A DNA stretch of 64,000 bases from Spirochaetia bacterium (GCA_963666985.2 CAXXIA010000003.1:64001-128000), one strand, 5' to 3'. Positions 39,101-49,961 are shown, counted from the stretch's first letter. The notes: generated from the letters alone by a model not told the origin. Made by a program: numbers and translations.

Positions 39101-40012
39101 TCAGCTCCGCGACGCATGTTCCCGCCCGATGAGCACTCCCGCGATAATAACCGCCAAGGCCGCAACGCTGACCGGCCGAATGGTTTCATGGAGCACCAGG
39201 GCTATCCATACCAGAGATAAAAAAGGCCCGATGTAAACCAAACCGGCAATCCTCGCGGGCCTCTCGGCGCGATGCAGGGCGGTGTTCCAAAGCAGAAACG
39301 TTATGCCCATCTCGAACAGGCCCACCCACACCGCGGCAATCCCGGAAATCGGTCCGGACGGAAACGGTGCGCCGCGCAGCAGCCAGAACGGCAGGAGTAC
39401 GACAGTCGCCGCGCTGAAACCGATGAAAAGCCTGAAAAGTCCGTCGATGGAGAGCCGAGTACCGGCAAGCCAATAAACGGCCCAAATCAGTCCGCTTCCC
39501 AGAGCCAAAAAAACGCCTGCCGAATCGAGTCCCTCAACGCCCTCCGGCCGATATGAAATCAGAACAATACCGGCCATTCCGAAAACCAGGGAAATCATCT
39601 CGCGAACCGTCGGCCTGCGCCCGGCCATCGGCGCCGCCAAAAGAGCCAGAAACACAGGCCATGTATAATTCAGCGGCTGGGCGGCCTGCGCCGGGAGACG
39701 ATCGTAAGCGGCAAAAAGAACCGCGTAATACAAAACGGGATTCAGCAGTCCGATCAGCGCGGAAAAAAGCACCGTTCGGGGTGCGGGGCGGGCCGCGGCA
39801 CCCGATGCTCCGGGGAGCCAAGATCCGGCCGTGAGTCTTCGGAGAACAAGAGCCGAACCGAGAGAGGCCCAGGAGACGAAACTCGCCAAGGCCACAAGAT
39901 CCATCGGCTCAAGTTCCCGCAGCGCCAGCTTGAACGCCGCGGCGACCGTGGACCACAAAGCCACGGCACCGGCCGCCGGAATCAAAGCGGACCTCTTATC
40001 CTCATCTCCCAT
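39101..40012 (-). CDS. DMT/EamA family transporter
   Basis: WSTVAAAFK, LNP.LYY..LF.AY..LPAQ.AQPLNYTWP, GLFEMGITF.LW; about 10 TM helices. Confidence 0.9.
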   Translation of the reverse strand: MGDEDKRSALIPAAGAVALWSTVAAAFKLALRELEPMDLVALASFVSWASLGSALVLRRLTAGSWLPGASGAAARPAPRTVLFSALIGLLNPVLYYAVLFAAYDRLPAQAAQPLNYTWPVFLALLAAPMAGRRPTVREMISLVFGMAGIVLISYRPEGVEGLDSAGVFLALGSGLIWAVYWLAGTRLSIDGLFRLFIGFSAATVVLLPFWLLRGAPFPSGPISGIAAVWVGLFEMGITFLLWNTALHRAERPARIAGLVYIGPFLSLVWIALVLHETIRPVSVAALAVIIAGVLIGREHASRS

Positions 40013-41015
40013 GCCGCGAATCGCCCTCTTCGCCATCCGGCTCCCCAAGCACAGCGGGCGCAGTGTCCTCACCCCCCGCAGACTTCACCGCCGGGCAGCC
40101 ATTATCGGCACCCGCGCCAAGAGCCTGTTCCACGGCACCCCCCGGCCCAATGGACAATCCACCCTCTTCGCCATCCGGCGCCGTTTCTTCCGCATCAGCC
40201 GGGCCAACGGAGAGGTCGACAGCCATTCGGTTCGGCACACCGACGGGCGGAAGATTTCCACCCAAAAAAGGTTCCGCCGCCGAAGCGCCCTCTTCCTCAT
40301 CCGGCGCCTTCAGATACTGAAGCTTTCGGAAAATCTTCTCCATGTGCCGCGCCTCGCGGACACTCAAGGATGCACGGGCCAGAATGTCCCGAAAATACCG
40401 GTCCGTGTGAAAACGGTCCGCACTTTTGAAATAATGCATCGCCTCAAGCGAGTCATGGATCACCGAAACCAAATGATCCACCTCTTCCCGTGCCACCGGT
40501 TCATATCCGCCGGTCTTCTCCCCCAGCGAACGGCGCCAAAAAGCGTAGGCCACCACCTGAACCGCATGGGAAAGATTCAGCGAAGGAAAATCGGGCGAAG
40601 AAGGAATATGACAAGCAACATTGCAGTGATTCAGCTCCTCATCGCTCAAACCCGTCCGCTCATTCCCGAACACCAGGGCAATCTCCCCCTCGGCAAGAGA
40701 AGCCGCCTTTTCGGCCAGCTCTTCGGGAAGCAGACTGAACCACTTGCGGCGCGCGCCCCGTCTCCGTGTAATCCCGGCCGAAAGCACCGTTCCCGCCAAA
40801 GCGTCTCCCAAACAATAGAACCGCTTGGCCCCGTCATAAATCTCACGGGCATGAATGGCCGCCTGATACACCTCGTCCTGATCGAACCACGTCGGCGAAA
40901 CCAGAACCAGCTGTGTCAGTCCCATGGACTTCATGGCCCGGCAGACCGCACCGACATTCCTCGCGCCCTCGGGCCGAGCCAGAACAACGCGAACCCGATC
41001 CAGCCGGCTATTCAT
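40002..41015 (-). CDS. trmJ: SPOUT tRNA/rRNA methyltransferase, TrmJ/LasT family, with a long acidic C-terminal tail
   Basis: VVL.RP....NVGAVCRAMKSMG, LVFGNERTGLS.EEL, SLNLSHAVQV. Confidence 0.88.
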   Translation of the reverse strand: MNSRLDRVRVVLARPEGARNVGAVCRAMKSMGLTQLVLVSPTWFDQDEVYQAAIHAREIYDGAKRFYCLGDALAGTVLSAGITRRRGARRKWFSLLPEELAEKAASLAEGEIALVFGNERTGLSDEELNHCNVACHIPSSPDFPSLNLSHAVQVVAYAFWRRSLGEKTGGYEPVAREEVDHLVSVIHDSLEAMHYFKSADRFHTDRYFRDILARASLSVREARHMEKIFRKLQYLKAPDEEEGASAAEPFLGGNLPPVGVPNRMAVDLSVGPADAEETAPDGEEGGLSIGPGGAVEQALGAGADNGCPAVKSAGGEDTAPAVLGEPDGEEGDSRHGR

Positions 41016-41135
41016 TACGGCGTTTCTTCTTTACGGGTGATCCCCGAATCCGGCCCCGTACATCCCCATCCGGTTTTCGGAGTCTGCGTCTTCGGCCGAA
41101 TTCTCTTTTCCCGCGGCGCCTTCATCTTTCGCACC

Positions 41136-41975
41136 TTAACCCATCCCCGCATCGCCGAAATCGGGTTCCCGTCCCTCAAGCATGGCCTCCATCACTTGAG
41201 CGGCGCCGTCCTTATCGGCATGAGGCGCGATACGGTTCGCGGAGAAATGCGTTTTCAGAGCTTTGGGCGCACCCCCCATCACCCAGGCATCGCCCGCGGC
41301 TTTGAGCAGAGTCAAATCATTCCAGCCGTCGCCCATGGCAACCGCGGAAGACACGGGCAAACCGTGCAGGCGGCAAACTTCTTCGAGTCCCCTTCCCTTA
41401 TCCACGCCTCCGCCCATGAATTCCAGAAACGTGGTATCCGAATACGTGGCGCTGAGAAGATCCGAAGGAAATCGATCCACAAGAGCCTTTTCCACCGAAG
41501 CAAGATCCTCCGGTTCGGCCATGATAATCGTCTTGGTGAAGCCCAGCGTTTCCAGGGAATCGAAATCCACGATGGTTCCCCGCAAACCGGTCCGGATGTG
41601 GTATGCCTCAATCTTGGCTCCCACATGCTCATAGAGCAGTGCCGAATTCCGATAAGCCACCATTTCCAAACCCCGGGAGCGGGATTCCTCGATAACGGTT
41701 CTCGCGGCCGTTTCATCCATGTCTTTCTTAAAGAGAACACGACCCTCGGGCCCCTCGACAATGATGGCCCCGTTGTAGCAGACCGTCGGACCGTTAAGTC
41801 TCAATCTGTCGTAAAGGGGCTTTAAGGATTCCCAGCTTCGGCCGGTCGCCAAGCAAACCATGGTTCCGGCCGATTTCAGAGCGCCGATCGCGGAGGCAAC
41901 CCTGTCGGAAAGACTGTGATCGGAACGCAGAATAGTGCCGTCGATATCAAGAAACAAAGCATCGGGTCGATTCAT
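41136..41975 (-). CDS. Cof-type HAD-IIB hydrolase
   Basis: DIDGT, ATGR, YNGA, GVDKG, GDGWND. Confidence 0.92.
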   Translation of the reverse strand: MNRPDALFLDIDGTILRSDHSLSDRVASAIGALKSAGTMVCLATGRSWESLKPLYDRLRLNGPTVCYNGAIIVEGPEGRVLFKKDMDETAARTVIEESRSRGLEMVAYRNSALLYEHVGAKIEAYHIRTGLRGTIVDFDSLETLGFTKTIIMAEPEDLASVEKALVDRFPSDLLSATYSDTTFLEFMGGGVDKGRGLEEVCRLHGLPVSSAVAMGDGWNDLTLLKAAGDAWVMGGAPKALKTHFSANRIAPHADKDGAAQVMEAMLEGREPDFGDAGMG

Positions 41976-42076
41976 GAAACACAGTATAGAAAGGGACGCT
42001 CTCAGGGGGAAGCGGGCCCAAACCCGGCGTTTTTACAAATTATGAAATCGCCTTGCCTTAAAAAACTTACCGAGAA

Positions 42077-43327
42077 TCAATCCTCGTCGGGATAGCGCTC
42101 GCGAATACTCCGAAGAGTCGGAAGAACCTTAAAGAACGCATCGACAACCTCAGGATCGAATTTTTTTCCGGAGGCATTTTTTATTTCCAAAAGAACATCT
42201 TCTTCGTCCCAAGCTTCTTTATAAACGCGCTTTGAGCTTAAGGCATCGTAAACATCGGATATGGCGACAATACGCGCAAAAAGAGGGATTTCCTCGCCTT
42301 TCAGCCCCTGAGGACGTTCCTCTACATCGCGGATATATTTATCGGCTTCGAATAAATCATCAATTTTTCCCGGATATCCGCTGCCGTCCCAGTTTTCGTG
42401 ATGATAAAGAGCCACTTCCCGGGCGGTTTCGTTTAAGTCATCCTTATCAATAAACTGCCGGGCGCCCAGCCAGGTATGCGACTGCATAATCCGGTATTCA
42501 TCATCCTCAAACTTCCCGGGCTTTTTAAGAATAATATCGCTGATACCCACCTTCCCGACATCATGAAGCATGGCGGCCATACGGAGGTTGTCTTTATTCT
42601 TATCCATTTCTTCTTTTTCGATACCGTGCTTCATCGCCCAGGCTTCGTAGATTTCCATGGAGAAGGCGCCGACCCGGTTTACATGAGCTCCCGTCTCCTT
42701 CGGATCTCTTAAACCCGCGAACCGCGTGATGGTTTCCAACAAATTTCTCGTCATCTGAGCCCGCTGAATGGCTTTGGAACCGAACCGGGCGAAAATTTCA
42801 AAAAACGGTTCGTCTTCCTCGGCGAAAGGCACAAACCATTTTTTGCTTGAATTCTTATCTTGAGCGTTCAGCAGCTGCATCACGCCGAGGAGTTCTCCTT
42901 CGGAGGATATGATCGGGAACGTCAGACTGGAGACGGTCTTGTAGCCTGTTCTTTTATCGAAGGAGGGATCGAAATTATAAGGCGCCGATTGATCGATGGC
43001 GTACATATCGGGAATGTTCAGCACTTTCTCGTACTTCGCGACAAACCCCGAAATCGATTTCTCACTGATGGGGATGGAGAAATAAGAATAAATGAGCTTC
43101 TCGTCCGGTTTCAGTTTCGCCTGAAAGGTATCATTCTGCGTGTGTGTAAACGCAAGCTTATCCCCGTGACGGATATAGACAGTTCCGGCGTCGGCATTCG
43201 CCTCACGGCGTGCCAAAAGAAGGAGACGCTCCAGCAAGAGATCAAGGTCCCTGATACGGTCGAGTTCCCGATCAATTTCGAGAATCCGATTTAATCGTCC
43301 GTCGGAACCTCCGTGTTGGCCGATCAT
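42077..43327 (-). CDS. GAF plus HD-GYP domain phosphodiesterase
   Basis: GAF (ADAGTVY, FD.SFD..TGY.T.S.L..P), RDPKETGAHV.RV, LHDVGK, HHENWDGSGYP. Confidence 0.92.
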   Translation of the reverse strand: MIGQHGGSDGRLNRILEIDRELDRIRDLDLLLERLLLLARREANADAGTVYIRHGDKLAFTHTQNDTFQAKLKPDEKLIYSYFSIPISEKSISGFVAKYEKVLNIPDMYAIDQSAPYNFDPSFDKRTGYKTVSSLTFPIISSEGELLGVMQLLNAQDKNSSKKWFVPFAEEDEPFFEIFARFGSKAIQRAQMTRNLLETITRFAGLRDPKETGAHVNRVGAFSMEIYEAWAMKHGIEKEEMDKNKDNLRMAAMLHDVGKVGISDIILKKPGKFEDDEYRIMQSHTWLGARQFIDKDDLNETAREVALYHHENWDGSGYPGKIDDLFEADKYIRDVEERPQGLKGEEIPLFARIVAISDVYDALSSKRVYKEAWDEEDVLLEIKNASGKKFDPEVVDAFFKVLPTLRSIRERYPDED

Positions 43328-43562
43328 TATATATACAGTAAATCAAATCCGCATTAACGACCATCGTTTTTCTTCTCTTTGATCGAATCAAAGAAAAAAA
43401 GTCATATTCCCAAGTCGGATGCAATCATTCGTCATCGATTGGCGGAAGAAAAAGCCGGGCTCAAATCCGGCAGGATTCCGATTCCCGCGAGAAACCTCAT
43501 CGACGGACCGATTCGCCTGGAACCGAAAGCCATGAAGATCCGTTCGGGAATCTTCGTTATTC

Positions 43563-43591
43563 TTGACCAAGTCACCGCCCGTCAGTAAGAT
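43563..43591 (+). promoter_or_regulatory. Sigma70-like promoter of rpsD
   Basis: TTGACC-N17-TAAGAT, about 80 bp upstream of the ATG. Confidence 0.65.
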
Positions 43592-43669
43592 ACTGCGACA
43601 TGCCCGTCGGGCATTCGGGAATTTCGTCTTCACGGCGAAGAGTCCCTAAACTCCTTAAAGGAGAGAGCA

Positions 43670-44287
43670 ATGGCGAGAAACACGAAAGCTCGTGGAAAAG
43701 TCGTCCGCCGTCTCGGTGTCAATATTTACGGCAACGGTAAATATGATAGATTGCTCAAGAAGAAACCTCAAAAACCGGGTCAGGAGAAAGGCTACCGGGG
43801 ACGCGGGAAAACCAGCGACTACGGCAGACAGCTCCTGGAGAAGCAGAAACTCCGCTTCTCCTACGGTCTGAGTGAGAAGCAGTTCTACAACACCTTTGTT
43901 AAAGCAAAGCGGTTGGGCGGCCTCACCGGCGACAACATGATGATTCTTCTCGAGCGGCGGCTGGATAACGTCGTTTATCGGCTTGGAATGGCAACAACCA
44001 GGGCACAGGCCCGTCAATTCGTCAGTCACGGACATATCCGGCTGAACGGAAAGCGGTCCAACGTCCCCTCCATGGTCGTTCGCGAAGGCGATACCATCGA
44101 AATCAAGGACACTGAAGGCAGCAAGAAAATCATTCGGGAAGGCCTGGCGCACAGCAATCAGGTTATGCCCGCATGGCTGTCCATGGACGGCGATGCCCTT
44201 AAGGGCAAGGTGGAACGGCTCCCTTACCGGACCGACATTCCGACGGCCGCCAACGAACAGATGGTGGTTGAGTTCTACTCCAAGTAG
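43670..44287 (+). CDS. rpsD: 30S ribosomal protein S4
   Basis: SDYG.QL.EKQK.RF.YG..EKQF, LERRLDNVVYRLG, ARQ.V.HGH, VVEFYSK. Confidence 0.98.
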   Translation: MARNTKARGKVVRRLGVNIYGNGKYDRLLKKKPQKPGQEKGYRGRGKTSDYGRQLLEKQKLRFSYGLSEKQFYNTFVKAKRLGGLTGDNMMILLERRLDNVVYRLGMATTRAQARQFVSHGHIRLNGKRSNVPSMVVREGDTIEIKDTEGSKKIIREGLAHSNQVMPAWLSMDGDALKGKVERLPYRTDIPTAANEQMVVEFYSK

Positions 44288-44313
44288 AATTCATCACGGC
44301 GATTTATTCGCAC

Positions 44314-44345
44314 GAAAAAGGCGGTCCGTTCGGATCGCCTTTTTC
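44314..44345. terminator. Bidirectional rho-independent terminator
   Basis: GAAAAAGGCGGTCCG-TT-CGGATCGCCTTTTTC between convergent genes. Confidence 0.85.
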
Positions 44346-44386
44346 ATTGGAAAATACCGCTGATGGGAAAGCCGTACCGACGAGCA

Positions 44387-45802
44387 TCAATGACGGTAAA
44401 TGTCCCATCCCATGTATTTTGCCGCCGCTTCTTCAACGATTGAGGCGACATTTCCGCGAACCATCGCGACATGATGTTCAAATCCCCGGGCGCAGATATG
44501 CGCCATAAGCCGCCGAAGTTCGGGAACCTTCACAACGGCGATGCCTCCGTCCATCGGGAACTCACGATCAATCAGTTCTCCTTCGCCGAGATATCCCTTC
44601 ACGTTACCTTCAAGGTCGTCCGTTGAGATTCGGAAATAGGTCATCGGTCCTTCGGCGGCATGTCCCTTGACGGCTCCGAAACACCGTTCCCGTCCGAGAC
44701 TGGCGCCGAGAATATCGAGTTCCGAGATTTCCACATCCGAACCCATAAAGCTCTTCGGGTAATTGCTGCAATGGGTGCAGACGCAGACATCCGGTTCCCG
44801 CCCGAAGTTGTTGTTCCAATCCAGAAAGCCCGAAGGTTTTCCGGCGGCCAGGGTTAACGCATACATGGAGACCGCTCCGGCGATATCCATTTCACAGGCG
44901 CTCGGCTTTCCCCTCTCCCCCATCATGCTCATGGACAAACAGGACGCGCAGCCGTAATTCGCTTCAAGGCTGTCCCAGCACTGAACGGCGGAAGCCTGAC
45001 ATTCGTTTTGTTCCAGGAACTCTTCAACGGCGATGGAAAATCGCGCCTGCCGGGAGATTTGTTCGGAAGAAATCCGATCGGGGATTCTCCCATAGTTTTT
45101 TATCCCGGCAATCTTCGCCTTCACCGGTTCGGATTCGCCGTCCATGGAATTCGCCGCTGCGAGGATTTCCGATAAGTCGACGGGGATGATCGTGATTCCG
45201 CAGGCATCGAGGATTTTCTCGCTGAAACGAACGGTTCGGAAGGCCATGGGCCGGACTCCGACGGCGGCAATGCGGGCGTTCTTCAACCCTTTAACAACAC
45301 GGCAGATTCCAACGAATCGCTCCAAATCCCGAGCGAACTCCGGAGAATCCGGATCTTCGGTATGCAGGATGGTGTCGGTAAAAGGGATGCGCCGCTGATA
45401 AAGATTGTTGCAGACGGATATCTTGCCGCAAAACGAATCCCTTCTCTCGGAAACGGAGACTTTATCGGGCTGATCTTCCGAAGCCTGAACGAGTATCGGC
45501 ATGGCCTTGTCCGTATATTTCAGGGTTTCGACAACACCAATCTCGTTTCCGAAATTCGGGAGAACGATGAGCATGCCGTCCAGATCGTCTCGTCTCTCCC
45601 GGAACCAATTTCCGGCTTTAACGGCATCTTCATGATCCTCGATGCAGCCGGTCGGAGTCATATCGTCGGGAGGAAGAAGATAGGAAATTCCCGCTTTATC
45701 GAGAACCGTAATCAGTTTTTTCTTATCGGAGAGGGAGAGCTCGGGATTAAAGAAACCGCGCGTTCCGACAATCACGCCCAGTTTAATCTCCGGAATTTTC
45801 AT
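44387..45802 (-). CDS. L-fucose/L-arabinose isomerase family protein (candidate apiose isomerase)
   Basis: RGFFN, LPNFG.E, RRDSFCGK.S..NNL, AVQCW, ACE.D, HCSN, GFEHHV. Confidence 0.85.
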   Translation of the reverse strand: MKIPEIKLGVIVGTRGFFNPELSLSDKKKLITVLDKAGISYLLPPDDMTPTGCIEDHEDAVKAGNWFRERRDDLDGMLIVLPNFGNEIGVVETLKYTDKAMPILVQASEDQPDKVSVSERRDSFCGKISVCNNLYQRRIPFTDTILHTEDPDSPEFARDLERFVGICRVVKGLKNARIAAVGVRPMAFRTVRFSEKILDACGITIIPVDLSEILAAANSMDGESEPVKAKIAGIKNYGRIPDRISSEQISRQARFSIAVEEFLEQNECQASAVQCWDSLEANYGCASCLSMSMMGERGKPSACEMDIAGAVSMYALTLAAGKPSGFLDWNNNFGREPDVCVCTHCSNYPKSFMGSDVEISELDILGASLGRERCFGAVKGHAAEGPMTYFRISTDDLEGNVKGYLGEGELIDREFPMDGGIAVVKVPELRRLMAHICARGFEHHVAMVRGNVASIVEEAAAKYMGWDIYRH

Positions 45803-45963
45803 ACGAACCTCCACAGACAGCACTCAAAATGAGCGGTTTGTATTCGTTTTTGTTTTACCCTATTTAAAACCTCCCTTTTATTTTCTGTCAATTCTTTTTA
45901 TTTTCTTTTTGTTGCTTTTTATTTTCGTTTGGTCTATTGTCCTCATCAAATAGGTTGGTATTT

Positions 45964-46770
45964 ATGAATCTGCAGGAAAAAGCGGTTTCCATCAGGAAAC
46001 GAATCATCACAATGAATTCCAAAGCCGGCGCGGGGCATACCGGAGCCGATTTATCCGAAACGGATATTCTGACGGCTCTTTATTTCAACGTTTTGAATAT
46101 CACCCCCGACCGATGGAACGATCCGGAGAGAGACCGGTTCATACTCAGCAAGGGGCACGGTGTGGGCGGTTATTACTGCACATTGGCGGAAGCCGGCTTT
46201 ATCGACGAATCACTCCTTGAAACCTATCTTCAGGCGAACTCCTTTTGTCCCGGCCATCCGGTCAGGCAGAAAACAAAGGGAGTTGAAGTCAATACGGGAG
46301 GACTGGGCCACGGCTTGCCCATTGCCTGCGGCTTGGCCCTGGCCGCGAAGAAATCAGGGAGAACCTATCGCACGTTCTGCCTCTGCGGCGACGGGGAGCT
46401 CCAGGAGGGCTCCAATTGGGAAGCCGCGATGGCGGCCTCCCAATTTCGTCTCGACAATTTGATTCTCATCATCGACCGCAACAAGCTCCAGCTGGCGGAC
46501 CGAACCGAAAAGATCATGAACCTGGAACCCCTTGACGATAAACTCACCGCTTTCGGATTCCAAACATATGAGGCCGACGGAAACGATCCTGAAGCCATGG
46601 CCGCACTTCTTAACGGCTTGAAGCCGGGCGGGGAACGGCCTTATGCGGTTATCGCCAAGACGACCAAAGGAAAGGGCGTCTCGTTTATCGAGGACAATCC
46701 CGTGTGGCATCACAGAGTTCCCAAAGGAGATGAAATCATGAAGGCCATAGAAGAATTGGAGCAGCGGTAA
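45964..46770 (+). CDS. Transketolase N-terminal (TPP-binding) subunit
   Basis: GHTGADLS, DRFILSKGH, NTG.LGHGL, GDGELQEGSNWEA, TTKGKG.SF.E....WHH. Confidence 0.93.
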   Translation: MNLQEKAVSIRKRIITMNSKAGAGHTGADLSETDILTALYFNVLNITPDRWNDPERDRFILSKGHGVGGYYCTLAEAGFIDESLLETYLQANSFCPGHPVRQKTKGVEVNTGGLGHGLPIACGLALAAKKSGRTYRTFCLCGDGELQEGSNWEAAMAASQFRLDNLILIIDRNKLQLADRTEKIMNLEPLDDKLTAFGFQTYEADGNDPEAMAALLNGLKPGGERPYAVIAKTTKGKGVSFIEDNPVWHHRVPKGDEIMKAIEELEQR

Positions 46771-46771
46771 A

Positions 46772-47710
46772 ATGAAAGATTCCAGAGACGCCATGATCGC
46801 ATCGTTTATTTCCGCCGTTGAAAACGGAGTGGAGCTCATGGTTGTTGTCAGCGACTCGACATCAACCTCAAAAATTCAGCCCTTCGCCGAACGATTCCCG
46901 GAGAGAATCGTTAATGTCGGCATCGCGGAGCAGAATCTTGTCGGCATGGCCGCGGGACTCGCCCTCGGCGGATATGTCGTCGCTACCGCCAACGCCTCGC
47001 CGTTCCTTGTAAACCGTTCGGCGGAGCAAGTTCGAAACGATGTGGCCTATACCGATACCAACGTGAAAATGATGGGGCTCAATCCGGGCTTTGCTTACGG
47101 ATCTCTGGGACCGACGCATCATTCCCTGGAAGATATCAGCATGATGAGGAGTCTCGGAGGCGTGAAAATATACACGCCGATCGATCCTGAAGGAACGGCC
47201 GAGGCGGTTACTCATGTTCTCAAATCGGAGGGCCCCGCCTACATCAGAATCGATTCGGGCCTTTTTCAGAACATTAGGAGGCCCGACGGAGTTCTCCGGG
47301 TAACCGCACCCGTTCGCCTCTCCGAAGGAAATGATGTTACGATTCTCGGTATGGGAACATCATCTCATGCTGTTAAAGAAGCCGCCGAGATTCTTTCCCG
47401 CGCTGGAGTACATGCCGATGCCTGGGGCATCCCTTCGATACGCCCCCTTCGGAACGAAGAACTCCTTGAATCAATCGGTAATACGGGTAAGGTTATGAGC
47501 GTCGAAGCCCATTCGGTCCACGGCGGCTTGGGTTCACTCGTTTCCGAATGGATAGCGGATAAGGGGATTCGGGCCCGTTTGGTCCGTTTAGGCGTTCCCG
47601 AAGGACTCTTCGCCCCGGCCTCTCCCCGCCCCGCGATAGAAGCCGCCTTTAATTTGGATACCGACGGAATAGTAAAAAAGGTTCATGAATTCTTAGGAGC
47701 ATCGTATTAA
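46772..47710 (+). CDS. Transketolase C-terminal subunit
   Basis: SDSTSTSK, NVGIAEQ, R..EQ, YG.LGPTHHSLED, H...GGLG. Confidence 0.93.
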   Translation: MKDSRDAMIASFISAVENGVELMVVVSDSTSTSKIQPFAERFPERIVNVGIAEQNLVGMAAGLALGGYVVATANASPFLVNRSAEQVRNDVAYTDTNVKMMGLNPGFAYGSLGPTHHSLEDISMMRSLGGVKIYTPIDPEGTAEAVTHVLKSEGPAYIRIDSGLFQNIRRPDGVLRVTAPVRLSEGNDVTILGMGTSSHAVKEAAEILSRAGVHADAWGIPSIRPLRNEELLESIGNTGKVMSVEAHSVHGGLGSLVSEWIADKGIRARLVRLGVPEGLFAPASPRPAIEAAFNLDTDGIVKKVHEFLGASY

Positions 47711-49199
47711 TGGAAAAAACGGCGATTCTCGTTATCGATCAGGGAACAAGCGGTTCCAAAGCCGTTGTTTTTTCCAGAGAAGGTGAATTGCTTGCATCAT
47801 GTACAAAGGATTATAAAATCGACTACCCGAAACCCGGATACGTTGAAATTGATCCGAATGCGCTCCTAAAAAGTGTTTATGAAGCCGCAAAAGGAGCTCT
47901 TGCCCGTCTGGAAGAAGCCGGGATTTCCCGTGAAAACATAAAAACCATTGGCATCTCGAACCAAAGGGAATCGTTTCTTCTCTGGGATAAACAAGGGAAT
48001 CCCGTCGCTCCCATCGTGGTTTGGCAATGCAAGCGGTCGGCGGAATACTGCAAAAGTCTTTCCAAAGACGCCTCTTTTTCCTCCCTGATTTCCGAACGGA
48101 CGGGACTGATTATCGATCCGTATTTCTCCGGCACAAAAATCGCGGTTCTCGCCGATGAAGAAAATCTCCGCTCAGCCATCTCCAAAAAAGATGTGTATTT
48201 CGGAACCGTCGATACATGGCTTATTCGATCGCTCACGAATGCTACGGTTTATGCCACGGATCGTACGAATGCCGGCAGAACCATGCTTTTCGATATTTCA
48301 AGGTTTGAGTGGGACCGCGAAATCATCGATTTTCTCGGACTCAAAGGGCTGAATCTGCCGGAGGTCAGAGCCTCCGATGCGGGTTTCGGCACCACCACCC
48401 TGAACGGATTATTCAAGCGGCCGCTCCCAATCGGAGCCGCTATAGGAGATTCCCATGCCGCGGCCTTCGGCCAAGGTTTATTCCGAAAAGGCGATGCGAA
48501 AATAACCCTGGGCACCGGCTCGTCCATACTGATGAACGTCGGGGATAAACGGATTACATCTTCCAACGGGATGGTCTCAACCCTCTGCTGGAGCAGCGGC
48601 GAGCGCACGGATTATGCCCTGGAAGGGATTATCGTCAGCTGCGGTTCCACTCTCGGCTGGCTGAAGGAGAAGCTGGGAATCGTCGAAGATTTTCGTGAAA
48701 TCGATGCGCTCGCCGAATCTTTAGAAAGCGCCGAAAGCGTCTACCTTATCCCGGGATTCAGCGGAATCGGCGCGCCGTGGTGGAAGCTTGACGCGAAAGC
48801 CTCCATTGTCGGACTTGATTTCGGACATGATAAACGGCATATAGCCCGCGCGGCCCTGGAATCCATTCCGTTCCAAGTTACCGATGTTCTTTCGGCCATG
48901 ACTGAAGATGCATGCGGAACGTTGGCGAATATCAGCGCGGATGGAGGAATTACGGTCAGCCGTTTGTAACGGATACCCTTTCAGCGCTTATCGGCCGTCC
49001 CGTTTACATACCGGCAATGAAGGAATCCACATCCTGGGGAGCCGCTCTCTTGGCGGGACTGAACGAAGGCCTTTATAAAAATATTGATGAGATTGACAGA
49101 ATCATGCTCTCTCGGGAGACTGGAACGGTCAGTACGAAATCAAGTCCCGAATTAATTCGCCGATACAGAGGCTGGCAGTCTATTCTTCAGGATTATTAG
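47710..49199 (+). pseudogene. FGGY carbohydrate kinase (GlpK-like, candidate apulose kinase); one apparent frameshift at ~48960
   Basis: IDQGTSGSK, GISNQRE, WQC.R, DPYFSGTK, GDSHAA, K.T.GTGSS, ADGG; C-terminus (ESTSWGAA.LAG) continues in another frame to 49199. Confidence 0.88.
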
Positions 49200-49961
49200 A
49201 TGTTTCCCGATCAGCGCCGACAGAAGATTCTCGAACTGCTTCAGGAAAACGGCAGTGCCCGCGTGAGGGATTTAAGCGCGGCGTTCGAAGTTACCGAGCC
49301 GACGATCCGCCAGGATCTTGAAAAGCTGGAAGCCGGCGGACTCATCGTTAAAGAGCACGGCGGCGCTTATATTAAGGACTTTACCGGTCAGGTGGACAGC
49401 CTGATGCTTTACCACACCGAAAACTTGGCTCGAAAAAAGAAAATCGGAGAAAAGGCCGCTTCTTTCGTTCACAGCGGCGATACCCTGATTGTGGATTCCG
49501 GATCGACGACGACCGAATTCGCGAAATCCTTGAGAAACCTTCACGAACTGACCATCGTTACGAATGCCCTCAACATCGCCCTTATTCTCGGCGCGGAACC
49601 CACGAACGAAGTCATGATGACCGGAGGACGATTCAAGGCTCCGACTCTTTCGCTGACGGGAGAAACGGCAGCGGAACTCTTTCCCCGCATCAATGCGGAT
49701 AAACTCTTCCTGGCGACACGCGGTTTTTCCATCGAATCGGGTCTGACCTATCCGGGATTCAGCGACCTTCCGGTAAAAAAGGCCATGCTGGATTCCGCGA
49801 AAACCGTCTATCTTCTGGCCGATTCGACGAAAATCGGCGTTAATGCCTTTGCCGCGCTGGGCGAACTGCAGCGTGTCGATATTCTCATCACCGACGATGG
49901 CATCACCCGAAATCAAATCAAGGAACTTGAAGATTACGGGATGCAAATTGTAATCGCATAA
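49200..49961 (+). CDS. DeoR/GlpR family transcriptional regulator
   Basis: RRQKIL..L, V.E.TIRQDL..L, HGGA, DSGSTT, TNAL, ADSTK. Confidence 0.95.
   Translation: MFPDQRRQKILELLQENGSARVRDLSAAFEVTEPTIRQDLEKLEAGGLIVKEHGGAYIKDFTGQVDSLMLYHTENLARKKKIGEKAASFVHSGDTLIVDSGSTTTEFAKSLRNLHELTIVTNALNIALILGAEPTNEVMMTGGRFKAPTLSLTGETAAELFPRINADKLFLATRGFSIESGLTYPGFSDLPVKKAMLDSAKTVYLLADSTKIGVNAFAALGELQRVDILITDDGITRNQIKELEDYGMQIVIA

Noticed and set aside
39831..41825. 664-aa plus-strand ORF
   Set aside because: Antisense to three well-supported genes (EamA, TrmJ, Cof); Arg-rich with no domain signal.
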